From positions 7,378,001 through 7,442,000 of the forward strand of contig CM022675.1 in the NCBI GenBank assembly GCA_012295275.1: a DNA stretch of 64,000 nt. The letters run 5' to 3'. Under the pieces are notes generated by a model that saw only the letters and a list, made by a program, of their open reading frames with translations, did not search any database and was not told the DNA's origin. The DNA is from Chrysomallon squamiferum. Lineage: Eukaryota > Animalia > Mollusca. Position numbers and translations under genes: made by a program. Below, in pieces: positions 13,562 through 28,960 of the stretch (within the stretch, counting starts at the first letter, position 1; the number at the start of each line of letters is the position of its first letter).

Positions 13562-14902
13562 CATGCTTCTTTTTTTTATATAAAACAAATAACAAAAAAT
13601 ACTCTTCATTTTACAGTCATTCGTTCAAAATAAGTAAAGTATTTTTCGTATTGTTCTTGCTTATAATTATGTATGGTGAATAATTATTATAAACAATTGA
13701 TGGTTAAATATATATATTATGAAGGCAATGGCAGTATAAGTGGACGTAACAGATTTCAATGAAAAACAGTTAAAAAAGAAAACTCCGTATATTACTTTTG
13801 TACTTGTCAGTGCGCTTATTTTACATGCATAAGTTTAGTTTAGCAAAATGAGGTGACAGTCCATGACAGATGTTTTGTTCTTAGATTTTCTTACAGTAAT
13901 CTTCACGCTTTCTAGACAATGACCCAATTACACGATAATAGTCTTATACAGACGACATGCGTTGACAGCAATTTCTCTTCTTTGTTTTAACTTTTTTCAA
14001 ATCTTTTTTTGTCTGTTATGTGAAGTTTTTATTTTACCCATTCAAACCCACCCCCACAAAAAAGACAAAATAATAAGAAGAATTAAAAAAAAAAAAAAAA
14101 TAAAAAAAAAAAATAAAGAGAAGATTTTTATCTCTTGATATCTGACTACCTTTGCGTGAATCTGTGATGCGTAACATTTTTTTTTTTTTCAGTCTATTTC
14201 GTTTTTGGTTCTTCTTTCTTCTTTTTTTCTTTATTATTTTCTTCTTTTTTTTTTTTTCTTCTATCGTCTTCTTCTATTTCAATTTTTACACCGTTCCTTT
14301 TAATTTTTACAGAATATGCATTTATGCGTGCAAGAAAAACTCACAAAACAGGTATATTTACGTGGCGGTTTTATGATTTGTACGTAACTAAGTAGACAGG
14401 TAAAACTGCAGAATAAAAGATACGTTACTGGTTCATAAGGACAAAAAAAAAAAAAAAAAAAAACGGATAATCTGTTCTTAATTACTGTAGGTTTAAAGAT
14501 AATAATGACTTTATCAAAAGAGTTTTCATGACAGCTTTTGGCAATGGATGGAGGTTGATAAAACAAGTTAACAAGTTAATGACGAGTTGTGTTTTTAAAA
14601 GCCATTAATAAAAAATACAAACAAAAAAAAAGAAAAAAAAATAAATACAAAAATAAATACAAAAAAAAATAAATATATATATATAATATATTTGGTTTTT
14701 TAATTATTCGTATGTTAGCGTTTTTTTTTTTTTTTAAATTTTTTTTTTTTTTTTTTTTCTGGGTGTATTTCCTCCATGCATTTCTGAAATAACGTAAAAG
14801 TTTAACAGACTGGCCAAACAATTTTTATACCTTTGCATTTAACCTTCTTAAAAGTGATATGAATAAGTGTAATATCAAACGCGGCAATATCTATCAACGA
14901 TA

Positions 14903-14910
14903 TGACGTCA
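14903..14910. promoter_or_regulatory. Full palindromic CRE
   Basis: TGACGTCA within ATGACGTCAT. Confidence 0.4.
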
Positions 14911-17069
14911 TTTAGTCTCAACGAATCTACTGACAGAATTATTTCCATAGTGATTAATATTATAATGTGAAACTTATTTATTTGATTGAATATTATTCGT
15001 TGTGTATATGTTATGCTTCACATAAATACTTTAAAATTCTTTTAAAAGTGAAATACAGGATATAATAAAATATATCATATAGCTGGCTATTGTAACCTAT
15101 ATCAAACTCAACGCTAATTTTCTATCCTATCCTGAATGACTAAATAAATAAATGAATGACCGAATGACTACTATTACTATTACTACGACTGCTACTACTA
15201 CTACCACTATATATGTCTTTCAATATACACATATATTATACAATTATAATTATGAAAAAATATAATCTAGTTAATTATATATTTTATTAAACTAAATCCA
15301 GACACACCCATGAAAATTCTAACTCTCAGGGTATATATTTACGTCTGTGCATGTATCAAATTATTAAATGTGTAATTATTTTAATTTTAAAATGAGACCA
15401 CACATGCAAATTTTTTGAGATCGGGCGTTTCCGTTTTTGCTCGACTGGTTTTGAAAAGACTGGTAATACCTCGGACTGGAAAGGAACTTGTTAAAATGTT
15501 CATATGAAATTTGACTTTTGTTGATTATATTGAGATGAGATTAATTTATTAAATTTTATATAAATACTGATAATTAACAATTAAAAAAAAAAAAAATTTA
15601 AGAAAATAAATTAATAATTTAATAATTAAAATAAAATAAAATATTAACAAACAAAACAATGCAAAAATAAATATATATATATATTAAAAAAGGATATAAT
15701 AATAATAAATTTATTTAAACTTTATTTTTTTAAAGTAAGTAAGAAAAATAAAACAAATTTCTTTAAAATAAAAGTCAATCCGTTTAACGTAATATTTATT
15801 TTTTTGCACATAATTCATCAGCTGAGCGTATATTATACATTAACAATCGACCAATTGTTTATTATTTTTTTTTTAGTATTTTTATAAATAATTATATGTA
15901 ATTATTTTAGTGAGTTTTCATGAGAAAATATCTGGCTTGCCAATTGAACGTATGGCAGAAAATTCAGTCGGTTTCAACCCAGAATAATAATTTATATTAC
16001 TGACATTGATGATATCGCTGTTGTGGTATGTTTATCATTTAATAGTTAGATAGTCATGTTTCAATATTTGTCTCTTTTTCATAAAAAAAAAAAATAAATA
16101 ATAAAAAATAATAAATAAATAAACATAATAAAAAGTAAAATAAATGATAATAATTGTCACTCTGATGTATATATCTCTGTCTCAGGTAGGTTATTACCCA
16201 ACTTGGTTTGGCTCTAGGGTTATCCGATATAGGTTCTATGTATGTTTATATATATATATATATATATTGTTCAATAGAAACACAACAAACACAAGACACT
16301 ATTAAAACTGTATTAGCACATGCTACGAACATTCAATATAAGGGCTGTACATGCAGAACAGCAAATATATATATATAAGCAGTTATCCAGATCCAGCCTG
16401 AACTCTTACAGTGCGTTCAGTGGACAGTGACAGTTCCCCCGGAATCGTTCCACAGTTCTCCTCGTTATTTGTCAACGCGGTTCGAACCTTACAGCTGGAC
16501 GACTATCGCCAAATCCTTCTGCGAAACAATAGCCCGCAACACCTATTACCCCAGAGGCGATAATGAATCCGGCTTGTCCCGACACGCCTATGGCCCCTCA
16601 CACCCCCTGCCCAGGAAAATTCAAGTCTTTTTGTGAATTCGGTGGACAAAAAAGAGAAAGATTAGAACATTCTTCTGTCACAACAACAATAATAACAGTA
16701 AGAAGAAGAAGAAGAAGACGAAGAAGAAAATAAAATAAATCATCCAAAATAATCAGTTCTCTACCAAAATGACAAAAATAATTTCATATTAATAATATCA
16801 ACAACATATAACAAACAAATTTCACTTTATAACTTTATTAAATGTTATTTATATAAATATATATATATAAAAATGACATTTTGTTTGAAATAAATTATCG
16901 ATTTAGAAAAAAAAAAAATTTTATTACACTTTTTTATTTTTTGTTATTATTATTTTTTTTTTTTTAAAGTAAAACATCGTTGAATATTTTATATCATATA
17001 AATATCTTTTCTTACAACATTAATTATATTTACTGCGAATCTATAATTATAAATAATATTCGTAAAAAA

Positions 17070-17820
17070 CTATTCCGAGGTGAGCAGACGTCACAAAATA
17101 CATTCGCGGTTTTTCTGTCCCTCAGTATACCGTTATGTATCGTAAGAGCCGTCAGCTGTTAGATGGTCGTTGTATTTATGCGGGATGGGCGATCCAAAGC
17201 TCACACTGCCTGCTAGCTTTTACCCTGCCACGGATAAACACAGAAAATCGATACAAAGTCTTTATCCCCCGCGTGACAAATTATTTATAGGGTCGCTGTA
17301 TGCAGCAACGCTAATGAATGCCCGACCCTGGCTGGTTTCTTGGACGGGTTCCAAGTACCACCGCCGGGCAGGCCAGAACAGTCGAACGAAAAACTGCGAG
17401 AGGGGGGACAGGTTTTAATTATTAACATTTGTAAACAGCTTTACTTTATGCTTTCACGTCTATTTTTCCCTCTGGGTCGAACGTTTTTTCATAGTACACT
17501 GTGTTGTTTGAGTGAGAGAAAGATGAACGAATACTGTGAATTGAGAGTGATGATGAATTAAAAGACGGACCGTTAAGTTAGACTGAAACCCCTCGGTGTG
17601 CGCGAGCCGCCTGGCTTTGTTATTTGTACAGTAGAGGCACGAATAAACAGCCACGCCCTCCAGGGGAAAATACGTCACTGCCAGGTTTCGCTACCCACGT
17701 GAACCCGTGGAAAAATCGCATTCACGTGGGTCGGCTGCCCAATCAGGGAGGGACAGGCGCGCGTGACGCAGATAGACAGCGAGCCTTATTTGGAAATCTA
17801 CCCACACGCCCCCACCCAGC
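17070..17820 (+). promoter_or_regulatory. CpG-island promoter (probable distal NAB promoter)
   Basis: One of the densest GC/CpG stretches of the window. CRE half sites (17087, 17671, 17764), KLF/SP CCACGCCC 17651, two CACGTG E-boxes, CCAAT 17739-17743, perfect CArG CCTTATTTGG 17784-17793, EGR-like CGCCCCCAC 17807-17815. Confidence 0.7.
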
Positions 17821-17821
17821 G

Positions 17822-17884
17822 CATTCGCCAGGGACAAGAAAGCACACGGAGTCCCACAGAACCTCGACTTTGGTTGTAATTTAG
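17822..17884 (+). other. NAB: Probable non-coding first exon of NAB (5' end approximate)
   Basis: Initiator-like gcattc at 17821, no ATG, consensus donor AG|GTAAGT at 17884/17885. A matching acceptor exists at 46437 just upstream of the NAB ATG. Confidence 0.5.
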
Positions 17885-18180
17885 GTAAGTGAATTGTACT
17901 TATGTTGATATGAGTGGGTGGATACATTTTTACAATAAACAGTACGGCTCAGTTTCATCTATTAACATTTGGTCAGTCCATACCAGTTGGTGTTGACCAG
18001 GCCCTGGGGTCAGGCTGTACAAATGAATGTTGGCGACATTTCTAAATGGCGGTGAGGCAAAGCCACTTCAACTTAACCGCAGATAGAATTATGATTAACA
18101 GATAATAACTCGAAATATTGTAAAATATCTGCTACGTTCAATGTATATATGTTTGTTTATGTTGATAAAAAAACGAAAGC

Positions 18181-18214
<34 letters not shown>

Positions 18215-19950
18215 CCCCGTTGAGCGGAAACCTACTTCGTTGCGCTGCATTTGTACAGATAGATGAACAGGGCGCCCTAACCTAGAACAGTGAAAATTAT
18301 AAAGCTGCCGTCGTGCTAGGCGATCAAAACGTAATATACTTGCGTTCCCGTTGTTGACGTTTTTATTTAGATTCGGTAAAACCATTTAAAATCGCCCATT
18401 CACTTCTTTTCACCCGGAAGTGAATTTAGCTTGATCATGTTTACTCTTTTATTATAACGTGTAACGTGATGTCGTCTGCTAGTCACTTCTCTTAAAGGCA
18501 CAGTATCGAAATAATTGAACGAGTTTTTATTTTTCTTAAACATTTTAGAGTATAATATATATATTTAAAATATATGTTTTTTACTGCAATTAATATAATA
18601 TTTAAAAACAATTTTTGTTTATATAAGCAAAATGGATTGTTTAATTTTAATTTTAATTTTTTTGCTGAAACAAAAATAATTAAGGCTATTATATTGATTT
18701 CATTTTATGGATTTTTAAAACTTTATTGCTATTTAAATAATTTATAAAGCAGTGTATTTATAAATAATAAAAGGAGTTTATCCTAAAATCTAAGAAATAA
18801 TTTTCACTGGCAATAATTTTTTAAGTTTATGAAGGATAGGCAGACTGGCTTTTTATTATTATAATTTTTTTTAATATTTTTTTTTATGTAATATATTATA
18901 ATAAATATAAGCAAATGTCAGGCATTTTTTTTATGCCCATGAACAAAACATATGTACTGTTTATTCATATATTGATTTTTACATTAAAAAAAGTTATTTT
19001 TTTATTTCATGGTGATAATGTTTGTAAATTACTATGTGCAAGAATACTGTACTTAAGTACATACAAGTCTGTTTGAATAATTACTGCACGGATGGTTAAA
19101 TTTTTCTTATGTGTGTATGTATACAGTTTATACTACATATGTAACTGTTATTATTTATTTAAAATATTTTTTATTTTATAATGCTTGAGAGTAGTTAATT
19201 TGCTTTTCTTTATCAGAAAGAGTTCTGTTAAATATACAAATACGACAACAAACTACTACTACTACATCTGCTACTACTATTATTACTGGTACTATTAGTA
19301 TTACATTCTATCCAAAATGCTTGGGACTCAACGTGTTTTGAAATTTGGAATATAATGACATAGCCTAAGAATAAGGTCTTAATACAGATTCCATTTGTAT
19401 TTTATATACATTAAATACAAACAGTAGGATTTAATATTTTAAATAATTTTGTGTAAATTAAAATCTGTGCATGCAACACTTTCTGAAACTTGTAAGACAT
19501 CACTGTTTCTGCTGATTGGAAAAGGGATGAATTTGATATAAGGGATCCTGAACCTTTACTACTAATAAATGCTACAACTAATATTACTACTATAGCTTCT
19601 ATTAATTACTACTGTTACCTGTGGAAAAATTATTAAACTAATAAAAACAGCAAGAACACAACAAACAACAAACAGTAGTAAGAACAACAACCATCTCCAT
19701 AAATCAGACAAACCAAAATCTTGTGGGTTTTTATAAAAAAAATTATAACGTTTCTGAATATTTATTATAAATTCATGGTTTGCAGACCAGTTTAATTTTT
19801 TTCTTTGTTTCCTACCCGGTCCATTAAATCTGTGTGTTGTGGTCACTTGTTGGTGAAAGGGCTGGGCTGGCAGCATTGATGAAACTGTAACAGCTGCCTT
19901 GTTTCAAACCCAGTAGCCTTTCTGTCCCTAGTCAACAAAGACATTTACTT

Positions 19951-20370
19951 TAGCCTTTCCTGAAGCAAAGTATATAAAATGTATGTTTTTTAGAACAGGA
20001 TAACATTTTTTATTTTTCTTTAAAACCAGTGTGTTTTATACAACAAAGTAAATTTTTATTTTATTTTAAACCATGCTGTAGCCTTTGCCAAAACAAAGTG
20101 CATAAATGTGCGTTTTATATACGTTTGAATACATTTTGGTTTTATTTCAAACCATGCAATTGCCTTTCCCTAAACAAATTGTATAAATGTGCGTTTTATA
20201 CAACAGAAACAATTTTTTTATATTTTGAACCGTGCTATATATATAGCCTTTCCCAAAACAAATTGTATAAATATGCGTTTTATACAACAGAAACAATTTA
20301 AAAAAAAAAATTTGAACCATGCTATATAGCCAATCCCAAATTAAATAGTATAAATTTTATTTTAAACTGC
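19951..20370. repeat. Degenerate ~70-90 bp minisatellite
   Basis: Recurrent tagcctttcc...aaacaaa.tgtataaatgtgcgttttata...aaccatgc, about 5 copies. Confidence 0.8.
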
Positions 20371-21133
20371 GAAGTATAAATATTTCTTTCCAAATTGTTT
20401 CTGATGCTATAGTTTTATTAAATAATATATATATATATATATTTAACCCCGCAGCAGTTTATAAATACCCCAAAAAGATGAAGCTATATCTCATAAAATA
20501 CATTTTGGATGCTCTGAGGAAAAAATACTACTACATTTTGAAATAAATTCAGCTCAAATATATTCATTTTATTGTATTTTTTGGGGAAAATATTTTATGA
20601 AAAAAATGTTTTTATAAATGTATTTGTGTGCATAAAAAATAACAAGGACTTAGGTACATTTTTCAAAATGGTTTGAAAAAAAAAAAAAAAAAAGACAAAA
20701 AAAAAATTAGCATAATGACATCTGTGTACATGCATAAAACTTCATTCAAATTACTGAGTAAAAAAAAGTCAAGCTGTGAAATAACATGGGTTTGTTTTTA
20801 AGAGGATTATCGCTAGTAAAATGTGATTATACACACAAGAATGCTACATATTATTTACTTAATCAGTTTAATCTGGTTAATAAAATGCATGAGAGTATCT
20901 TTTTAACCATGTTACATGTAGCAGAACAAACAATTAAGAAAACCCTTTAAGAAATGATTGCAGACTCAGTCTTTTCGAGCTTTTGCTCTGACGGTAAAAA
21001 GAGTGTTGCAGAAGATATAGTAGGATTATTTTGTGTTTTTGAGTTAAAAACAAAAACAACAACTCCCAACAAATTATTAAAAGTAAAATAAATAATTAAT
21101 GTAATCCCCCAAATATTGTTTTCTGTTTTTTCC

Positions 21134-21164
<31 letters not shown>

Positions 21165-21390
21165 TATATTCTCTCCCACTTACTGGTTCTTTTTATTTTC
21201 TCTCCTGCATTTGTAGAAGGAAAGTTTAAGTTAATTTTGAAACATCATTACTGCTGGTATGTTAAATGGTTAGGTAGTCTCTTTAACTTAAAAAAAAAAA
21301 AAAAAAAAAAAAAAATAAGAGAGAGAGCCAGGGGAATGTAAAAGGTGGTGGGTGAAAATAGCTTCTGTGTTTATCTTCATGCATTTAAAA

Positions 21391-21449
<59 letters not shown>

Positions 21450-24400
21450 ATATATATATATATATAAAAAAACAACAACAAAGTAAACCACCTTATTCCA
21501 CTGTACATATTGCTGCCAAAATGTGCACCAATGTGTTTTTTTTTTTTTTTTTTTTAAATTCTTTCTCCTGTTTTTCTGATGGTATAGTTTCCTATTTAAA
21601 TAGATTATTAGATATTTGAAAATAATACTTTAAGTTTGTTTTAAATATATTTAATTAAATTTTTTTGTTTTTTTTATTTTATTATAAAATTATTTGCCTG
21701 TTAACAAAAACTAAAATCGTTGCTTTTTTTTTTTAGAAATATATTTATTTTATGATGTTTTATTTATATCTGTGTGTGCGTGTGTGCATGCATGCAGATT
21801 TTGTTGTCTATTAATAGAAGCTGAAAAAGATGTTCTTAACAGTGTGCATCTTAGGGAGTTTTTTTTTTCAGCTGTTCAGTTATTTAGATTTATTTTTTTT
21901 TGTTTATATTTTTTTTTTTATTTTAGAAAGTAAAACTTAGTTTGAAGTACAGTTATTTTAAGATGTTTTATTTTTATTTTTTGTGTGGGCAGATTTTTTT
22001 TTTTTTTTTTTTTTTTTACCTCTTAAAGGAAAAGCATCTTAAAAACCTTACATCTTGACTGTTTTAGTTCAATGACTTTTATTTCTTCTTTTATAAATTG
22101 TTTTTATAAAGATAGTCATTTTGAAATACAGTTATTTTATTATGTTCTATTTATTTTTATTTTTTGTGTGAATTAATGCATTTTAATACAAACTAAATAT
22201 AAATTTATCTTAAGTAACATCTATGTGGTTGTCAGATTATATATATTTTTATATACTTACTTTATGGGTTGGATACTTATTTTATTATGATTATTATTTT
22301 TTTTTTTCTCAAAATAAGATTCTATTGCCTTTTTAAAACAAAAACACAAAATTAAATTTTAAAACAGTATATTTTAGGTTTAGTTGTCAAACTGTATAGA
22401 TTTTAAAAACAATACTTAATATTTAAATTACTTTGTCTCTTAAATGATGTATTATGTGTGTATATATATATATTATGTGAATTTTGCAAAGGGCCACTGC
22501 TTGGCTGCAATTAATTTTCTGTCCCGAATGATGTCATTAAACATGCACATATGAATACTTGCAGTAACATTCTTATATAAAAACTTAACCCAGATTGCAG
22601 AAATTCTTTTGTGTATGTTGATGGAGAAAGAGAAAGAGAGAGAGATAATCTCTTTAACTGAAAATGATTAGTTCACTGAATGAATAATGCTGGTTTCATC
22701 TCTATCCTTAACCACATATGTGTACCTTTGCACTGAAAGTTTAAACCTAAACTAACTACCATATTTATTCATGTATAACATCAACCATTTTTTTCCAAAG
22801 GGCTTCAGGCTTCATAAATGAGATGGGTGCATATCATATGCATGAACTAAATGTTACCCTTTTTTTCCATATGGTTTTTGACTCTGAAATTAGGGATGTA
22901 TATTACATATGTAAATTAAATGCTATCCTCCTTTCTCCAGCCAAGTGCCTGGCATTACAATGGAACTGTTGTCTTGGTAGTTAAGTTAGTAGCATTCCTA
23001 AACCATGGGTATCCAGTGTCTTTCTGGACATTTCTGCTTTCACACATGTGTTTCTGTGAGGACATGTCTTAGCAATTAGCATGTCTGATTACCTGAAATG
23101 ATGCTAAGGAAAAAATAAAATGATTGCATATTATACATAAACAATACTTTTTTTTTTTTTTCGAATTGCTCAATAACTGGGGATATATGTTATGCATAAG
23201 TGTGTGTTGTATGTGAATATATACGGTAATGCTTGGTTTTCATTTTTCCCATTTGTGACTTCTTATCAACTTTGTGTGTATGACTTAGCAGAAAGTTAAT
23301 GATAACAAAACAATTTTTTTTTTATTTATTATTATTCTGTCTTGTATGATTTATATTTTTTTTCATTCTTTCTTCTCTATCACATCATTTCACTTATTTT
23401 TTTTTTTTCCTTTTTTTTCTCTTTTATCTCAGTTTATTCTTTTTTTCTTTCTCTCATCAGTGAGTCATTCTCTTTGTTCTTAGCATTTTTTTTTCTTGCA
23501 TTCCTATTTTTTTGCTCAATCGTTTTCTGTTTTTGTGTTTCTCTTCCATTTTCTTTACTTTTCTCTCTCTCTCATAATCTGAACCTTTTTCTCTCTATCG
23601 ATACCTCTCTGTCTTCTTCTGTTCCTCTATAAACATCCTCTTTTTCTCTCCATCTGTCTGTCTTTTTCTCTATAAATATTCTATGCCTATCTTTTATTAT
23701 TTTTCTTTCTTTCATTCTGTGTCTCACTTTTTCTCACTCTGTCCTTATTCACACATGCCAACATAAAGCTTTTTTATGATTTTATTTTTTAATCTATGTT
23801 AATAAGTAACTGGAATACAACTCAGAGGAAGTTCTGGTCAGAACATAAATGCTGTTGTAAAACAACACATGGATTATCTTGGAAATAAACTCATAAAATA
23901 ATATGTGGAAGAGAATCTTCACTTATCTACATAGTGTGAAATATATATAAAATGGTGTTTTTATTTATTTATTTATTTATTTATTTATATACACTAATGA
24001 CATTCAGTCAACCTTGATTCATGTGAAATCATTTGTTTCTGAATTTTCATGACATTGTTAAACTCATGAAATACAACTGAAATTGGATAATAGAGAAGAT
24101 ATGTTTTAAGGATGTATATATATATATATATATACTTGCTATTTCTCTGTGAGACAGAAGTTGGAATTGGATAATATTTATCTCTAAGAAGATATTTTTT
24201 AGAGATATCATTATATGTACTTGCTGTTTCAATGTGAGGTGAAAGTTGGAATTGGATAATCTTTATCTCTTATGTTATTATGATTATTTGTGTTCAAACC
24301 TCTTCAAATCCTTTAAGTTATTTCCTATTCCAGTCTAGTTTACATGACAATGTGTCATGTTTTATTAAATAAAAGAAAGGGGTTTATTTTCAAAAAAAAA

Positions 24401-24540
24401 ATATAAAAAAATGTATGTTTTAGGAAGAAACTTTCTTCCTGTATATTTTACAGAAAGTTTTTACTTGTCTCTTTTTCTGATAGGTTCATAAATTCTCATT
24501 ATTTGAAGACTTTTTATATCTCATTTGTGTGTGTTTGTTT

Positions 24541-24576
<36 letters not shown>

Positions 24577-24634
24577 ATGCATGTATATGGGTCAGTGTGT
24601 GTATTTGTGTGTGAGAGTAAGAATGCATGCATGT

Positions 24635-24671
<37 letters not shown>

Positions 24672-25501
24672 CCAATCAGTTGCTAGGAAAATTTAAAAAA
24701 GCCTTAGGAAAAATAAATTAAATATTGTAAACATACTTATTTTTACCTTTGTTTTTATCTTCTTCTTCTACGTTTTTATTATTTTTTTACTGTATATTTA
24801 TTCAAATATATATATATATATATATACACACAGTTTGAAATAGGGATCATTAAGTTCTTTATCAAACATTATATAAAAAAAAATTGGATAATTAAGATAA
24901 TTTTAAAGGATATTTTTCTGCATTTAACTAATATGCTGTGAATGTTATTCAAGTGCAAAATTTAAAATCTTGAAACATTAAACATTTTTTTTGGTTTCTA
25001 ATGAATGGTTTTTGTGACTCTTTAAAAAAAAAAAAAGAAAAAATAATATTAATTAACAAAAAAAAAAAAAAAAAAATTTATTTAAAAATTTTATTATGCG
25101 AAGAAATATAGCAAATGTTTTCAGTACTCAGTAGCTGCTGTTTACGAAATTTATCTTGCCACAGTTATTTATTTTTTAAATTAAATTTTCACTATGTATT
25201 ATAATACATTTAGATATTTTTGAATAATTTTAATGATGTTTATATAAAGAAAAAAACCTAAAAATTAATATTTTTTAAATAAACATAATTTTAAATAAAA
25301 AAAAAACAAACAAAAAAACATGGCTGTTTGCATTTAAATTGTATCACTGTTCACATTTATATAAATTAAAGTTTATATTTTATAAATCGGTATTGTTGAT
25401 TCATAATAAATTTGTGATATGTATTACATAATTAAGTTTTAAAAAGTAGTTTGTCATCTGAAAAAATCATTTATAATAAGAATTAAAAAATAGTTCTAAA
25501 A

Positions 25502-25536
<35 letters not shown>

Positions 25537-26297
25537 AATATAAATAAATAAAATTCTAAAATAAATCAATAAAAAATGAAGTTTGAAAATAAATAAATAC
25601 TTTGTTGAATTTTTACAATGTGGAATTGTTTCAAAGAAGGTTATAATCAAATGATGTTATACCTATAAATAACTAAAATTGATAAATAACTAAATAAATA
25701 AACAAAAATTAGTTAAAAAAACAACTGGAATGAATTTAGTTTTGAATTTAGAAAACAGTTTCTTTGTTAGAAAAAAAATCATTGTTGAATATATTATGTT
25801 AACCAGAAAGAAAAAAAACAACATGGAGAATTGATTTTAAGCATTTTTTGACTTAACAATTTTAATATGAAAACAAACAAAAATGATTTATAAGTAAATA
25901 AACAAATATAAATTAAAATCAAGTTGAATAAAGCCAGTTTTGAATTTAGAAAGGTCATTATTTCATTCAAGGGAAAGCAACTGAACTCTATGTGTTAACC
26001 TACATTATTGTACACAGAACAATCAGTTTTAATATTATTATTACAAATTAATTAATTTAACTATAAAATAAATTAAAAAATGTTACCTAAATAAATTACA
26101 ATATATATATATATATATATAAACATTTAAAAAAACAGAAAAGAAAAAAAACCGATACATAAAAGATTAAATACAGAAAAACAGTTTGCCATATTTGTGC
26201 TGTAGAATAAGTGAATAAAGGATGGAATGGGGGAGTCTTAAACATATCTTGTTGGTGGCAAATATTAAAACAATAAACAAAATAGTTTGTGTATATA

Positions 26298-26335
<38 letters not shown>

Positions 26336-26470
26336 TTCTGACAATAAAAAGTTGAATGTTAGATATGATTTCCAGTTATACCTTGTAACTTGTTTGTTTT
26401 AATAGCTGTTTTATTGACATTACATGCATGGGTGTATGTTTTGTAAAGAAGTATTTTGTTATCTAGATAT

Positions 26471-26583
<113 letters not shown>

Positions 26584-26927
26584 AATCTAATAACATATAT
26601 ATAACAGTCTTACCAATTATCTATACATTTTTCATAAAAATAATAAATGTATTAGTTGAGACCCCCTTTCCTAAAAATAAGCTCTAGATTCACACAGCAG
26701 AAAGTACTGTCCTCTTTCACCACTGTATGCATTGTGATAAGTTTGCATTATAATACAAATTTACACAGAACATTTCATGAACCCAGAAACCAGAACAACA
26801 AACAAAGAACAGAAGATTATATCAAAGAAACATCAAAGACACAACAGCACTTTAACAAAAAAAAAAAAAAAAAAAAAAAAGATTTCAACCGAACAACCCT
26901 CCTTTCCTTTCCATCCCCGTCATAATA

Positions 26928-26958
<31 letters not shown>

Positions 26959-27696
26959 CGAAAAACTAAATCTTTTCCTTGGCATTCAATATTTGAATGT
27001 AGAGCAGGAAAACACTACATTAAGTTTAAATATTGTCTTTTCCATAAGGCAAACCTCCCTGCCCCCCCCACATACATGGCCTTCTGAAAATCATTGGATA
27101 AAATCGGCAGATAATCATAACAAGGAATTGTGATAAAATTTCCTGTCATCATAAAAGCGCCATGAGACTGGAAGAGACTAGGAGCTCGGAGAATTCGGCA
27201 TGTTTAGGATTTTGGTCGACAAACACAGAGTATGGGAAAGTAAACAATTATGGAAAAAGAAAACAAAAAAAAAATTGTTCTCACTCGTCAAACTCTGAGC
27301 CAATACATTTGTCACTTGGCAAGAAACAGTTCTTTATATTTTTGTTTTCATAAAAAAAAAAAAATTTAAAAATTTAGTTTTATTATTTTTTTTTTTTCTT
27401 TAAAGTTTAAAAAAAAAGAAAGAAAAAGAGAGGTATAGTTTCATAAAATTGTGAAAGGTGAAAGTTTGTTGCAGTTTCAGTTTGGGAGTATTTCAGATTT
27501 TGTAATTTTTCAGTCTTACATGCATACCACTGTACATAATGTGTGTACAGACGTGCATATATGATGTGTACACATGTTCTTATCTAGATATATACATTTA
27601 TATATATATATATATATGTTTACATAAACGGACATACACATATAATCTATATAAATAGCAGTAGATATATATTTATAACAAAAGTGTCTATGTATG

Positions 27697-27746
<50 letters not shown>

Positions 27747-28674
27747 TTCAGAATAAATACACATCATCCATACACTTATACATTCATGTACATAAGTACA
27801 AAAACACATCTATTCATGTTTTCTGGTAGATAACACAGAAATATACAAAGATTAATATATGCTATATTTTCTTTTCTTCTTTTTTTTTTTTTTTTTTGTC
27901 AAAGTGTGACTTTTTTTTGTGTCATTAAATTTGAAAAATGTATTTTAAAATAAGAAAAAATAGAAATGTTATTACAACCCAGAAAATTTTAATAGTTGCA
28001 TTGTTAAATTTAATTAAAAACATACATAAATACCAGTAAGAAATAATTTATTTTATTATTTTTTATGAAATGATTTTATTTTATGATTATTTTTTTCCTA
28101 TTAAATATATATTATTTTTTTTTTTTTTTTTTGGTTTCTTTATATGAAAGTCAGCAGCTTAACTATTGAAAATCTTATTTCTTTTTTTTTTTTTTTCATT
28201 TTTAAAAATATTTTCTTTATTATATTCAATTTTTAAATTTTGGTATTATTATTTTTTTAATTCTCAAAAATTAATAATCCTTACTTCATTTATGGAATAA
28301 TAGACTTTAAAAAAAAAAAATTATAGTTTTTTAGTTACATCTGTTTTAGATTTAGGTTTGAAGAAAAATCATTTTGAGTGTTATTTTGTACTTAGTGTCT
28401 TGAATCATTATTTCAACATTTTCACGCATTTTTTCATTCAATTAAGTATCCAACTCATAAAAAAACAAAAAGAAACCCAACAACATATGACAACCCTATA
28501 ATTTTCTTAGTTAACAACATTGGCATATTTATGCATTTAAAAAACCACAAAATTATGTGTGTGTGTGTGTGCGTGCGTATAAAAAAAACAACTTTAGTCA
28601 TTAAAAAAAAGGTATAAATATATCAGTGTGTATGTCTGTATGTCTGTTTGTATATACATATATATATATATACA

Positions 28675-28714
<40 letters not shown>

Positions 28715-28960
28715 AATTTACTAAGCATTCACATCTGGTAATTTAAAAAGAGTTTTAGTTAAACTGATTTAATTACATCTCCTCCATTCCTCTGCACTGA
28801 AGTATTTTAATACACATAGCACTCTTTTTGTCTGCCTGAATCAGTTTGAATATTTCTGAAGTAAAATAATTTATAGTAGTGCTTTCCTTCAGAATAATTT
28901 GGTAAAAAAAAATTCTCTTCATTCAAGAACACTTGTGAAGTGAAATTGCTAAATGGTTTT

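Noticed and set aside
17170-17927. Short ORFs in the CpG island
   Set aside because: Overlapping in several frames, many with non-ATG starts and no homology. Better explained as promoter DNA.
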